Source: Camelus dromedarius
Lineage: Eukaryota
Assembly: GCF_036321535.1 (NCBI RefSeq)
Contig: NC_087437.1
Span: 49,788,001 to 49,852,000 of the forward strand
Direction of reading: 5' to 3'
DNA: 64,000 bases
The translations under genes and the position numbers were made by a program. Position 1 is the stretch's first letter. The number at the start of each line of letters is the position of its first letter. Below, piece after piece: positions 37,330 through 50,050 of the stretch. Under the pieces are notes generated by a model. That model made no database searches and had not been told where the DNA came from. It saw only the letters and a list, made by a program, of their open reading frames with translations.

Positions 37330-37890
37330 CTTTTCCTCCTCTTCCTTTCCTGTCTTTGTGGAAACTGCTTCTTAATTCTTCTTGTACCTCTCTGACTGTC
37401 TTCCTTTTGGTTTCCTTTGCAGGTCTTCCCCCTCCTCTTCCAAAATCTTTAAATGACCCATCTGCTCTGATGAGCTCCAAATCCATATCTCCAGCCCAGC
37501 ATGGTTTTCTGAGCTCAAGATGGATACAACCAACAGCCTACCAGAAATCTGCACCTGAGTGTCCCAGAAGGAATTCAAAATCAGGTTTATCTATCTTTCC
37601 CCACTAAACCTCTTGTATCCCTAGCTTGATGAAAGGCTCAACTTTTATCCAGTTGCCAAGGCAGGAACTTAAAAATCACTGTAGGTTCCTCCCTCCCTGC
37701 ACCCCTGATATTCAATCATTAGACTTCTTAATTGTCTTCTTCATACTGACTCCCTCTGCCAGAGCCCAGCCTTTCATCATTTTTTTCTTGAACTAGAGCA
37801 GGTGTTGCCCTTTTAGTTAGCTAAGCTTCCAATTTTCTATCTCCAATCTGATCTCAAGTCTGCCTCCAAGACGATTTCACTCAAACAAAA
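37330..37890 (+). mobile_element. L2 LINE fragment
   Basis: CTGATGAGCTCCAAATCCATATCTCCAGCCCAG..TCTGAGCTCAAG..CCAACAGCCTACC..CCAGTTGCCAAGGCAGGAAC. Confidence 0.7.
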
Positions 37891-37929
37891 TTAGAGGCTT
37901 GACCAACAGAGAGGGCACAACTGCATTGC

Positions 37930-38102
37930 TAAGAAGAGACTCCTAGGGTGCCATGCCACCACCAAACCAAGTTGCTGTGTAGACTTTTAAGTTATGTGAG
38001 CCAAGACACACCCCACATTTGCTATTCCCCACTGCCCCCACCATTTAAACCCATCTGAATTGGGTTTTCTGTCAAGTGCAACCAAAGCAGAGCTAACTGA
38101 CA
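37930..38102 (+). mobile_element. MaLR LTR 3' part (MLT1H-K-like)
   Basis: AGTTATGTGAGCCAA..TTTAAACCCATCTGAATTGGGTTTTCTGTCA..TGCAACCAAAG..CTAACTGA.ACA. Confidence 0.7.
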
Positions 38103-39129
38103 CATTATTGTGCAAACAGAATAAAAATCAACCTTTCTCTATCTAAAGATCAACCCTCTTTCCCTCCTTTTACACCCCACTCCAGCTTCCCCAACCCAGC
38201 ACCCCTCATGCCTTTACAATTCAGATTGCTTCCTTCACTCAAAATCCTGCTCTTCTTCAAGTGTCCTCTGTAACTCCTCCTTAACTCCTCCTTTGACTCT
38301 TTCATGCTGAAATAGGCATTATTAAGATGTCCTGTGCTCAGTAGGACCACTTACAAAGGAATCTCAGTCAGTGGATGATACCATCCATGGAGTCAACTGC
38401 TAAATACCTTCAACAGCATTTGAGTGAAAAGCATGGCCAGAATGAATTCAGGAGAAACTTCCCTAGTTGTCGGGAGACCCTCTGAACTCTCAGAACCTCA
38501 GTGCTGCTTTTCAAGGAAAAGATGAATGGACCAATGTTTTGAAGGGAGAAGACCCTTGATAAATATCTCATCAGGTCCAATAAAAAGAAATCTCTATAAC
38601 AAGGGAGCCATGAGAAGTTAGAAAGGAGTAGGAAGTTCCATCCCTCACATAGTAAAGTCTGTGAACCGGCAGCTTTAGCATATTACCACAGGATATATTT
38701 TCTATGTAAAGCACCCCACTACATTTTCCTAACCAATGAATGATTTCTCTTCATTTTCTGTCTTCTTCAAATCACTGGTTGTATTAATTTATTTGATTTC
38801 TACACTGGCACTTTTAATAAAAATTCATTTCAGAATGCAGTATTAAAAATATTTTTATTTTGTTTTAAGAATGTGTCTCCTTGACTTTCTTCTGGGTTCA
38901 CATATTTGCAATCTTTCTTGTAGGGAAAGGCAGAGTAGAAGGCAGGAGCTTGGATTAAACACCTCTTCAGTGTGCCAGATCCTTTGCATGGATTACATAA
39001 TTTGGCCCTCATGACATTATTACTCTGGTGTGGGTAATACTGCTTGAGGACAACCTCTTCTTGTCTTTTCAAGAATGCCCCCAGATCGATCAGGCCTCAC
39101 AGAGTTTCTACAACTTAAAGGGGGAAAAG

Positions 39130-39372
39130 AATGTAGTGTTAAGAGTTTCATCCAAGGGTGGAATGATGGGTGTAAATCCCAGCTCCACCCTGGACCAGCT
39201 GTGTGACTGCGGGTAAGTTGCTTAAACACCCTGAGCCTTGGTTTCATCATCTGTAAGATGAGGGTATTAACAGTACGCACATTGCAGGGCTATTGTGCTG
39301 ATTAAATGAATTAATACTTGAAACATGCTTAGAACAAAGAATGGCACTTGTTAAGTGTTACAATGTTCATTA
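39130..39372 (+). mobile_element. MIR SINE, near full length
   Basis: AAATCCCAGCTCCACC..AGCTGTGTGAC..GGGTAAGTTGCTTAA..GAGCCTTGGTTTCATCATCTGTAAGATG..GATTAAATGAATTAATA..GCTTAGAACA. Confidence 0.9.
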
Positions 39373-41054
39373 ACACAATTAATAAAATGTTCCCCAAACA
39401 TTATATCTTTTCTCTGCAATACAATGGTAAGGCAATTCCCTCGGTCCAACCAGCATTTAAATACAAGATTGTCAGGTCAGTTTTATAAAAATATCATCAA
39501 ACCCATCAAACCCTCTGAGTATTTGACTCTCTTTGCAAATCCCACCAGGATCATGGGCACGATCTAGGCCACTAGGGAAATTTTTCTAAGAGTGTCAATC
39601 ATTGGTGCCCCCTTTATTCTCCTCTAGAAATCTGAAATCTGAAACCCCAAACTCCTTTAAAGGTGTCTAGCTTGGATAGAGATTTTGAGGAAAAAACTTA
39701 GTTATTTGAAGGATGTGTCACCTATATGTATATATCAGGGATGTGTACTGAGGATTCTGTAGCCATTTCCAGGCTAGTCAGGAAAGAGTTCGGTATCCAA
39801 CAGTGATGTCTTCTTTGAACATGGGAGGCGCAGTGACAGGAAACATGCCTCTGACAGACCTGATCTTATGCAGAAGGAAGCAGAGACTAGGAGGGAATGA
39901 CTTGTTAAACATCACACTGGGGCTGGATCAAGGGTATGAACCTAGGACCAGTGGTGGAATGTGTGTGTGTTGGGGGTGATGGGTGGAGGTGGACTTCAAG
40001 ATCACATGTAAATTTTGTCAAATATTTTCCCAAAGTGAGGACATTCTTACAGGCCAGGCTTTAGAAAAGGAAAACACACCTTTTGCCTTTTGACTAAGGT
40101 ATCTGCAAACATACCTAAGTGTCTGCAAACTAATTATAAAGCAATACAAAACATAATTCAAGGTAAACTCATGCAATAGGATTGTCAGGGTGATCAGGAA
40201 AGAGACCCAGAGTTTCACCCCAGGAAGCTTCAGTAACAAGTATGGCAGTGACTCACCCAAAACGCAAAGACAAGAATGAAGAATGACGGGCAAGAAATAC
40301 TGGCCAAAATCCTGGCAAGGAGAAAAGCCATGCATAACTGCAAACTCGTCCTGGAGCTGCAGGAAACGAACTGGTCGTGCAGGATCCAGTACCCAGTGAT
40401 CTCTCGGTTACTATAGATGCTCTCCAAACATCGAGAAGCTGAATCAAGACACATACACAAATTCATCTCCCTCGGGTGGGTCTCAGTTTTAGAAATGGAC
40501 AGATAGGTTTATGCTGATATTCAAATATCAACAACACTCTTATCTGATAATGACGTGTTACTTCATCTGGAAGAATTAGGGAAGACTTTCTGCTTGAGCT
40601 GCTGATGTGCCACCACTTTTCAAAGGATATCAAGTATAAATACGTTCTATTACTTACAACAAGATGCAGGCTTTGTTTAGCTACAAAGAAGCTCAGTGAA
40701 ATTCTAATTTAAGTCAAACAGCTTACTGAAGAGGACATGGCAGATAGTATTGTCTCCAAGTTGTCGTTCACTACTTCTGTACTGGCTACGGTGACAAGGG
40801 AACAAGCTTTCAGTAATAATTGCGTGATTCTTTCTTTAATTCTATGAGGTTGCTGCAGATGAATGCAAATATAGGCGCTCCATAAGGATGGGTGCGATGG
40901 TAGCAGACAAAGGCTCTAATGCCACAGTCCAAGGGGGAAAGCAGGCTAGTCAATTTCAGGAGCCCCTTTGGCTCCCTTGTGAGCTCCTGGGGAGTCGTAA
41001 GACAATCAGAATTTCTTCACCAGCTGTGTGATGCCAAGGGGAGATCACAAGCTG

Positions 41055-41250
41055 TTAGTTAAAAGGGCAGGTTTGGTGTTGTTCCGGCTCTGATGCCATT
41101 AGCTGAGTGACGCTAAGCAAGTCATTCTCAGTCTCTCCACCAAGCCTCAGTGTCTCACCTGTAAATGAGGCTAGCATAATCTGTCGCACCAGATCTTTTT
41201 GAGGCCCAAATAAGAAAAATATAGGTAAAAGTGGACAGCAAACATAGCCT
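41055..41250 (+). mobile_element. MIR SINE
   Basis: GGCTCTG..TTAGCTGAGTGACGCTAAGCAAGTCATT..GCCTCAGTGTCTCACCTGTAAATG. Confidence 0.65.
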
Positions 41251-41624
41251 GCATGGTATGTGTTTTGTAAAAATTCATCGAACGTGATTCTAAAGATGTT
41301 TTCCTTTCATTTTGAACTTGGTGCCTCCTAATAAACAATAAAGGAGATGTCCCTGCCCCACCACTTGAATCCAGCTTCCATTATGATATATGTAGTAAGT
41401 TCTTACAGGTTTAAAAAAATAGGAGCCTCCATCTGAGGAGGAGGAGTGAGTGAATGTAAAGCTGGTGGGCCAGCGACTAGGTTGGGCTGACCCAGCGAGG
41501 CTTCCTGGAAGATGCGAGGCCAGGGCAGGAGACAGAAATCTAAGCCAGACTTCAAGGCAGACCTCTGGAACATGTGGAAATAAGCAGTTTGAAAGGAAGA
41601 AGGGAGGGACAAGAAGAGGGAGTC

Positions 41625-41820
41625 ATTCATGCTTTCTATTTAACTACCACACACCAGGCACAGGGCCAGGCCCTCTCACCTACAGCCCCACGTGCAATTC
41701 TCATCACAGTTCTGGGAGGAGGTGCTATTTCCCCCAATTCCCTGGGGCACAGACAGGCCCTAATAAATGTCAGGGCTGGGATCTAAGCCCTGGTCTCTAA
41801 ATCCAAAACCCCAGCTCCTT
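41625..41820 (-). mobile_element. MIR SINE, degenerate
   Basis: AATTCTCATCACAGTTCTGGGAGGAGGTGCTATTTCCCC..AGGGCTGGGATCTAAGCCCTGGTCT. Confidence 0.55.
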
Positions 41821-41838
41821 CTGTGGAATCAGCAGGTA

Positions 41839-41855
41839 GGGGTGGGTGGGAAGGG
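41839..41855 (+). other. Canonical short-loop G-quadruplex motif
   Basis: GGGG-T-GGG-T-GGG-AA-GGG, loops of 1, 1 and 2 nt. Confidence 0.7.
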
Positions 41856-44089
41856 ATTAAGTTAAACAATACTCACCAAACAGATTTCAATGCCTAACAA
41901 ACAGGAGTTGTTCAGGAAAATTTAGTCTCTCTTCCCCAAAATATAAGTCTGTTTTGAAGTGCCTGTGTATCTGAAGTGAGGCACACATGGTAGGAGGGAA
42001 GCTTTTTCTTCATACTTATCGCCAAATATGATATTGTGTAATAGTACTCCAATCAATCTTTGCAAAGCAGGAGCACCAAACTGGTACTGGTTAAAACATG
42101 ATGTGCTTGAATTTTAAAAAAAGAAAAAAAAATCTATTGTGATTCTAGCTATTTATTGGTAGAATGTGAGGGTCTTTACCCTTTCAAGTCATAACTATGA
42201 CAAAAGAATCTTGGGAAGCCAGTCTTCCTGTCATAACAGCCCAACGGGGATATTAAGCTCCCAGTGAGTCAGAAACGTGTGAGTTGAAGTTCCCCTGAAA
42301 TCTATAGTGAGAAAGTACTTGTGTCAGCTCCTGCTAAGCTCCCACTAAGCACTCCACCGATCGTAATTAATCAGGGAAGTTTGCTCACTGATGTGTCCTG
42401 CAGGTCAGTCAGGTTCTTGTGCAATGATCTGGGGAACAGGTCTTGACCCACAGCTGTAACAAAGTGTTCAGCAGTGACACTCATGCAGGAGCTTGGGCTG
42501 CTTTATTCATGACTATTTCAGAACTGCAGAGAGAGCCTGGGACCCAAGGGCCCCTCCATGAGTATTTGATGAATGAATGAATGAATGAACAAATTCAAAG
42601 TCAGTATGGAGATCTGAGTGCTGGTCTCATTTCTGCCACTAACAGCATATGTCAACAAGCAAGTCTTCCACCTCTCTAGCCTTGGCTTTGTCGTTAATGA
42701 AATGAGTGATGGGCATGGTAACTTCCAAAGTGCCTTTCAGCTCTTAGTCTTCTTGCTTATCTTACTTTTGAATTCTACTTGAAGGGATCTTTGCATCTTT
42801 CTTTACACTATCTTGGCAATATTTCCTGGGAAAGATTCTTAAATCTGAATTTCTCTTTTTAACTCTCTCCTGTTAAGTAAGTTTACAGTGAGTACGCTAA
42901 CTCTTATCATGGCTCCAGAAACCTAAACAAAACACCTTTAGAGCTGATTAAGCAAGCACTGTTAGTTCAAACAAAAGAATCAGTTTTTAGAGGGGATTTT
43001 AGCTCTAGAATACTTCTGTCTGGAACAGAGATAATGAACGTCTTTCTATAATAACTAGTAATAGGTTACCTATAAACATCCTAGAGAAGAAGAAGGTTGA
43101 AAATTCATACCAGAGTGTGAATGACTGATAACAACTCCTTTATTTGGGTAGGTTTTTATTATGGGATAGAGAAGGGAGAGGCAGTAATAGAACACTCAAA
43201 GTACCTGAATGAGGAAGAGGAAGAGGAAGAAAAAGGTGGCTTAGAGATAAGACAGAAAACAAACATGACCCACTGAAGGGCTACCCTTTTTCCAGGCTTC
43301 CTAAAAGGGGAACTCGATTGATGATGGGTAGAATTCTTTAGGAAATTGGGAACTTTTGGGAGGTAAACTTTGTGTTTCAGTTTTCCCTTTTCTTTCCCGT
43401 TTAATTTGTCTTTCTTTGAAATTCTTAACAAATCAGCTAATACTCCTGAAAGCAGCAATCCTGCTTTTTAAAAAATATACTTTGGAAGACATAACCTAAA
43501 ACTTTTCCTCAAAGCATCTATTAGTGTTTAATCTGTTTAACTGACTAGTCTTTCATAGAACTGTGCCATATTCCTACTGAGCACACGTTGGTCTTAATTA
43601 CAACTAGCAAACTCAAACTCTCGAGTACCACTTTTAGTCAGTCAGTATTTTTAAAATTTCTCCATCACATTTAAAAAGCCTTAGGTACAGAACTGATTAC
43701 AGTGCCAGAGAATCTGCTTTTTTCAATCTCTAAAATTTTGTTTCTAAGTTACAATGGTTAAAAAAACAAAACAAAACCTTCATTTGTAAGGGGCCTGAAT
43801 ACATGCAAGAAGTTGGAAGTCAATTTAGAATTACTTATGCAAAATGAATGAACACAGGAAATCATGATCCCTGTTAGTTCAAGGCTTCTGTAAATGCCAG
43901 CCTCATCTTAGTTTCTCAGTAGATACAGAGATATATCTGGCTCCATCTGCACTGATGGAGAAACTTATAATCTGAATCATCTAACAAATATTCCTTGAAC
44001 ATTGCTGGACCTCAAGAAGTGGTTTCATAGTTGGGTAAACAACCTTATCCAAAAGATTCACATTAGTGCAAATGTACATGGCAATGAGG

Positions 44090-44660
44090 TAAGTTTCTGG
44101 GCTACAGATTCAAAGATATCAGATTCAAAAACATCTTGACAGGGTATATTATTGAGCAGAATGAATTCAATTTTATTTATTAGAAAAAAACATGAAGTCT
44201 ACTACCTAAGTTTAAAAAAAACCTCTACAAATATAATGTAATAGAGAGTGCCCAAAATTTGGAGATTTTAGTTGACTTTGAATTTAGTAAGTTAACAGCA
44301 TGTCATGCATTCCCTAAATACATACATACATACATACATACATACATACATACATACATACATACATAAATGTGAGCTTAGTTTGCATTATTAGAAGTAA
44401 GGTATCTAAAATAAAGGAGGTGAGATCTTATTCCCTTTTTCAGTTAGATATGATCTGGAATATTTTGTTTAGATTCAACCATTTTTTAAACAAATGTGTT
44501 CAATTTTTAAAAAATAAACAAACCAAAGTTTCTCTGTTGGTGAGTACCCAGGATATGAACAGGTCTTGGCTCCTGCCATTCAAGAGAGGAGAGAACGAAC
44601 TAGAATCATCTAGGGAAGATCAAGACTTGAAGGAAGACAAGAGAGCTTCCTTCCACTATA
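44090..44660 (+). mobile_element. L3/CR1 LINE ORF2 relic
   Basis: GGAGATTTTAGTTGAC..AAGTTAACAGCATG..CTTAGTTTGCATTATTAGAAGTA..GGAGGTGA..ATCTGGAATATTTTGTT colinear with the recalled CR1/L3 reverse-transcriptase C-terminal region; split by (ATAC)n. Confidence 0.65.
44318..44368. repeat. (ATAC)12-13 tetranucleotide microsatellite
   Basis: Perfect ATAC array. Confidence 0.95.
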
Positions 44661-44779
44661 GAAAGTAGAGAGTGGCCAGAGCAAGGGAAAAAGCAGTCAC
44701 AAACTGCATTCTGCACATGTTAGACAGTATCTGGATTAAAGGGGCTTGGGTCTGGATATAATTTTTAAATTAACTAGTT

Positions 44780-46196
44780 TTCTCCTTATAGAAATAATTT
44801 CTCACATATATAAGTTTTATATGTACATATCTTCTGACAGGTATAAGGTGAAATGTAAAAGTTTTCCCACCATCATCCCAATACCCTAATCTCATTCCTT
44901 AGAGAAAACTAATGTAATTCAACATGTATACTCTAGATTTTTTCAGTGCATATGGTAACATATATCAGTATATTTTTTAAGCATACATGGGATCAAGTTT
45001 TTATAGTTTGACTTTTTTTATTTAAAATATTTTTATAGTATTTCCAGATTATCTATATATGTTACACTTCTTTCTTGTTAATTGTTGCATAATATTCTAT
45101 AACATGAATGTATCATGGTTTGATTAATAATTCCTTTTGACTATTATAGTATATTTAATGATAGTCTCTTGATAAATGTTTAGGTTGCTTCTGACTTTTT
45201 AATTGTAATAAATATTTTTGACCATCCATTGTACACTTATATAAGAATATCAGCAGTTTAAATCCTTACAAGTGGTGTTACTGGGTCAAAGGGCACATGC
45301 ATGTTTCTTGTTCTTCTTTCTATTAACCATTTCCAAATTGCCCCTCTTGAATCATCTGTTTTGCATCCCCTTCACCAGCTCTAGGAATTTTCAAAATTAC
45401 AAGTATTTCATAGGTGGAAAATGGTATTTTATTACTGTTTTAATTTGCATTTCTTATTTTATGGGTGAGGTTGAGTATTATTCCATATGTTTATTGGCAA
45501 ATGGTATGCCTTTTTCTATGAATTCCTTGTTCATTTATTTTACCTGCTTTCAGTTGGATTATTTATCTTTTCCTTGGTCTTACTGATCTCTAAGAGTCAT
45601 CTGCATATTAAGAAAACTAGCCCTTTGTCAAAGATAATACAAATAATATTTTCTAGTTTCTAGTTTGTGTTTTCACTTTGTTATGGGACATTTTCATATG
45701 GTAGTGTTTTTATTTCATTAAATTTAATGTTTTAAGTTTTAATTTTTATTTTATATTTTAATTAAATTTGTATTATTTCAATTCAATCCGTCTCTTTCCT
45801 TTCTGAGTTTTGTGTCATACTTTTGCCATGCCAAAACTATATATGTTCAATTTCCCATTTAAAAATATTTTTATGGTGTTTTCTATGTTTAAAAGTTTAA
45901 ACCATCTGGAACTTATTTTCCTTTAAAGAGTGGAGAAGAGATCAAACTTTATACTCCCCCAAACTAGACATGTATCTCAATGCCATTTATCGATTACTCC
46001 ATCCTAACCCTGCTGATTTGAAAGGCTACCTTTATCATACACTAAATCCAGATGTGTTGCTATTTCTGGACTTTCTATTTAGTATAGTGCCAAACGTTTT
46101 AAGTTCTGATAGAATTCATAGGTCCATCACAATTCTCTTTTCATTATATTTTTCTGGTCGCTTAGGCACATTTATTTTTCCCAATAAAATTATATG
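44780..46196 (-). mobile_element. Old L1M (L1MC4/L1ME-like) 3'UTR and ORF2 end
   Basis: CTGGGTCAAAGGG..TTCCAAATTGCCC..AAAATGGTAT..GTTTTAATTTGCATTTCT..GTGAGGTTGAG..CATATGTTTATTGGC..CCATCTGGAA.TTATTTT..CCTTTATCATA. Confidence 0.85.
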
Positions 46197-46199
46197 AAA

Positions 46200-47935
46200 T
46201 GATGTGATCAGATCAAAATGAGATCATCCCTCCACCCGAAACACTGAACCCCACCAGATATTTGGCCTTCATCCTGTACAGCAAAGAGAAGGGCTGTTCC
46301 TGCCTGGACACACTCTCCCCCGTGGTCCTCATCCACATCCCCTTTGCTCACTCAGTTCTCCGTCATGTTCATTCACCATTAGTTAATTGCTAACTAAGCA
46401 TCTAAATATATCACTATTTAAAAGAAAAAAAAAAGGGAAAAATCCTCAGTTCTGTTTCTCAATCCTCTTTTCGCCCCATTTCTTTGCTCACCTTTTCAGC
46501 AGAAGCCTTAAAGTTGTATTAGCTCACTGGGCTTTCCTCTCCACCACTTTCCTGGGGCAGCTTTTATGTTTCACTTGGTGACTCTATGGTCAGATCTCTG
46601 TTCTCATCCTCCCTGATGCTGTCATTTGATACAGCTGATTCTGCTTGCTTTCTTGATGTACTTTCTTCTGAGGCCTTGGGGTCACCACATTTTCCTGCTT
46701 TTCCTCCACCCTCACTGGTCTCTCCCCCTATGTCTCCTTCGCTGTCTCATCTCCTAAGTCTCGTCTGGAAGTGCCAGAGCACTTCGGCCTCTCCTCCCTG
46801 CCCCCTTTTTCTCATGTCTGCTCCGCTCTGCTCTCCTCACCTCCCCACACTCCTCCCCCTGCTCTACTCTTTTCTCCTTTCCTCCATCTACCTGATCTTA
46901 TCCAGTCTTACACCTTTCAACACGCTGTTTCTCTAAGCCTGATCTCTCCTCTGAGCTCTGAGTTCCACACGCACACATCTCCCATGGTCTACACACATCT
47001 GTCCCTGGGTGTCTCATAGACAATGCACACTTAACATGCCCAAGACAAAACTCTTGTGTCTGGCCCCCAGTTTCCATTTGTTGCCCCGGTAGTCTTAACC
47101 AGAGGTGCAAAAGGCAGCATGACCCGCTCCCTCATGCTGAGAACATAAACTCTGGCATTGTCTTTGGCCCCTCGCTTCCCCTCACACTCTTTATTCAATC
47201 CATCAGCAAGCTCTGTCAGTGTTACTTTCAGAAGGCAACACAAAGCCCTCTCTCTTCCCCCCATCTCATCTGCCACTGCTGTAGCTTAAGCTGTCATCCT
47301 CCCAGTCCTGGCCCACTGGCTGGTTTCTCTGTTTCCATCCTTGCCTCCCCTCCATAGTTGATTCTTTACACAACAGAGTGATTCTTTACAGATTCTTTAC
47401 AGACAGAGTGATCTTCTCAAATCAGACCCTATCACTGCCCAGCTTACATTTCTGCTGAAATCCAGCTGCTTACTTCAAAGTGCAGGCTCTACAGAACCGG
47501 GCGCTGGTTGGCTGACCACCTCACATGTCAACCTCGTCCTCACCCCTCCACTCTTACGCCTCTGGCCTCCTTGCAGTCCTTTAAACACGGTGCACAGTCT
47601 CAGGGCCTTTGCTTTTGCTGGTCCCTCTGTTGGGAGGATTCCTCTCCCTGTGGGTCGCAGGGCTGACTCCCATCCTTAAGGTTTTAGCTCACATGTGGTC
47701 TCTGCCAGAGGCTTCCGCACCTACCCAGGCTAAATACACATCACCCAGTCATTCTCTACCCTGCTGCCCTGTTAAATTGTCTTCATCTCACTACAGCTTT
47801 CTTAAATGATAAGTATTTTTGATCTTTCTCCACTAGACTGTAAACCTCATGAATAAGCGATTTTGTCTGTCACGTGGATGTATACACAGTAGCTGGAGGA
47901 GTGCTTCATATATAGTAAGCCTAGAGTAAGTCAAA
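46200..47935 (+). mobile_element. L2 (L2a-like) LINE, about 1.7 kb including a reverse-transcriptase relic and 3' end
   Basis: 46469-46489 translates as FRPISLL (RT motif YRPISLL); SFDTAD..LDVLSS in ORF 46586 resembles AFDTVDH..LETLSS; downstream CTTAACATGCCCAA, TCAGGGCCTTTGC, CCACTAGACTGTAAACCTCATGA. Confidence 0.85.
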
Positions 47936-48100
47936 TGAGTTTTGACAGCTCTAGAAAAAAACCCATATTGTTTATAATTTACATATTTATTGATTGGGAT
48001 CACATAGAACTTATAGATTCCCATAGGGAAACAGGACATCCTTAACATATTAAATCTTGACCAAGGACATTGACTGTCTCTCCAATTATCCAAATATTTT
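47936..48100 (-). mobile_element. L1M ORF2 fragment continuing the 44780-46196 element
   Basis: TTGATTGGGATCACATAGAACTTATAGATT..GACATCCTTAACATATT is the block expected after ..TTTTTCCCAATAAAATT in reverse-strand L1. Confidence 0.7.
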
Positions 48101-48329
48101 TTGTTTTTTAAATCAAAGTTCTGGGAGCCTAGGCGACAACTTTCTATTTTAGAGGGCTATTTATCTCAGAGAAGCAAGTATTCAAGGTTATTATTACATT
48201 TGTCTCCAAATGTGATGTCAAGTGGAAGAGGAAATTAATTAATTCACCATATTCTGGAGGCCAGACGCAGAAAGGAGTTAAAAGTGAGCTCTAGCTCAAG
48301 GAAGAAATTTCCAAAAATTAAAATTATTC

Positions 48330-48482
48330 AACACAGAGAGCTGCCTCATGAAGGCATGAGCTCTCCATCACTGGAGGTGTTCAAGCAGAGATGGGGCCAT
48401 TATAGAGGAGATTCCTGTATCATATGGCAGTTTGGACTAAAAGGCACATAAAGACCCTCTGATCTCTAATAGCCCATGATAC
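48330..48482 (+). mobile_element. L3/CR1 3' end
   Basis: GCTGCCTCATGAAG..GAGCTCTCCATCACTGGAGGTGTTCAAGCAGAG..GGGAGATTCCTG..TTGGACTA. Confidence 0.8.
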
Positions 48483-49849
48483 ATAGTCTTACTGCAAGTC
48501 TTTACCGGTTTGATGCATTCCAAGAAATTAAATCAACCCGAATTTTCCCCAGTCAGAGATACTTGAGGGGTTCTGAAACTCAGCGATTTCATGGTGAAGT
48601 CCAGACTCCATTCATGTAACTTCTAGCTCTGCCCTATGAATTATATCTCTTTTCACTAACTAAATCTTTAACACGGGTTTCTCCTAGTACCGAACTTTCC
48701 TGAAATATTTTACTTTGCTAAGGCACCATGAAACAGAGGGTGTTAAAAATCTAAAACTACTTGGTATTTTCCTTAAGAAATCAGATGACAAAGCTGAACG
48801 GCCAACAGGTTTTGCAAGATGTTACTTGTCTCTGCAAGTTATTGCTTTCAAATAGGCTAAATCAAATTGTGTGAAGCTTTATTGAAGAAGTTTTGTCCAA
48901 AGTTGTTACTACTGACCTGCAAACCTGGATTTTTTTTTTTTCCTGCCTCCAAAACCTTGAAACATCCACAGAGAAAAAAAGAGTGAAAGAGAAAGTAATA
49001 ACAAGAGTAGCCCTGCTAGCTATTATCTTCATTTGAAAGAAATGATATTGTTTGCCAAAGGTTCAAGGCCGTGGCGCTCAAACCACAATTCTAGATAGCT
49101 CAGCAAGGCTTACCAGAGAGCAGAGTGAACTCCTTTGTTCCAGGGCTTCATGGAAAGGAATCGTTTCACAGCTTGCGTGGATTGTGCAGGAGCCTCAAGC
49201 GAGGAAGTGTATGGTGACCTGCAGGAGGGGTGCTGGGGTCACTCAAACGACAGGAGGTGGCTCTTTAGGCTGTTGGATTACACCTGTGAACTCTTCAAAG
49301 GTGACTGCCACCCTGACCTTGCCACTTGGGTCCAGGGATCTTAGGAGACAGGAGAGATCCCAAACCACCCTACGCACATGTGGACCTGGCACTTATTTGC
49401 CAACCTAAAATTCACATGGAAAAGGTGACCCATTCTCGAAGTTTTTAGTCATTTGAGTGCATCAAAGCTGTATTTCGTACAACAGCATCTTCTCCTCGGA
49501 AGGACACAATGATTTTAGTCACTGTCAGCAGCCTAGAAAATCTACCAGGCTGGTTGCATGGAATTTCTAGACACTCATTCAGAGCTTTGGATGTGGTTTC
49601 CTCTGTGTATACCACAGGCTGTGCTTGTTAGGCACAGTCATAATTATCAGCAACCCCCTTCGAAACGCCTTAAACGGAAGGTCCATGGGTGCTTGATGCC
49701 ATGCAAGGGACACAAGCCACCTGAGACCTAGGACTTTGCCTTTAAGATTTGTTTGATGACTCTTCATTTCAGGAAAGGCAAGATTAATGCCATGTTCCCT
49801 AAATGCTAATGTCTTCTCTGAAAGAAATGGCATTTCTTTGATGGCATTT

Positions 49850-50050
49850 GGGCTTCAGCCCAAGATTCAGGGTCCATGTCTCCTTTCTCTTAGAAGTTTT
49901 ACTGCCAAGCTTTTGTTTCTTGACTTATAAAATGGAGATAATACTGTGCTCCTCTGTACTTCACAAGGGCAATGGGAGAAGCTAGTAAAATAATTTATGT
50001 GAAAATACTTTAATTTTAAAGCACTATTCAAATACAAAATGAGATTATTA
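49850..50050 (+). mobile_element. MIR SINE
   Basis: TATAAAATGGAGATAATA..ACTTCACAAGG..TATGTGAAAATACTTT..AAAGCACTAT. Confidence 0.6.

Noticed and set aside
46586..46936. 116-aa ORF with RT-like SFDTAD motif
   Set aside because: Frameshifted relic of the L2 reverse transcriptase, not a gene
47360..47412. Three copies of GATTCTTTACA
   Set aside because: Local slippage duplication inside a dead L2; no array or spacer structure
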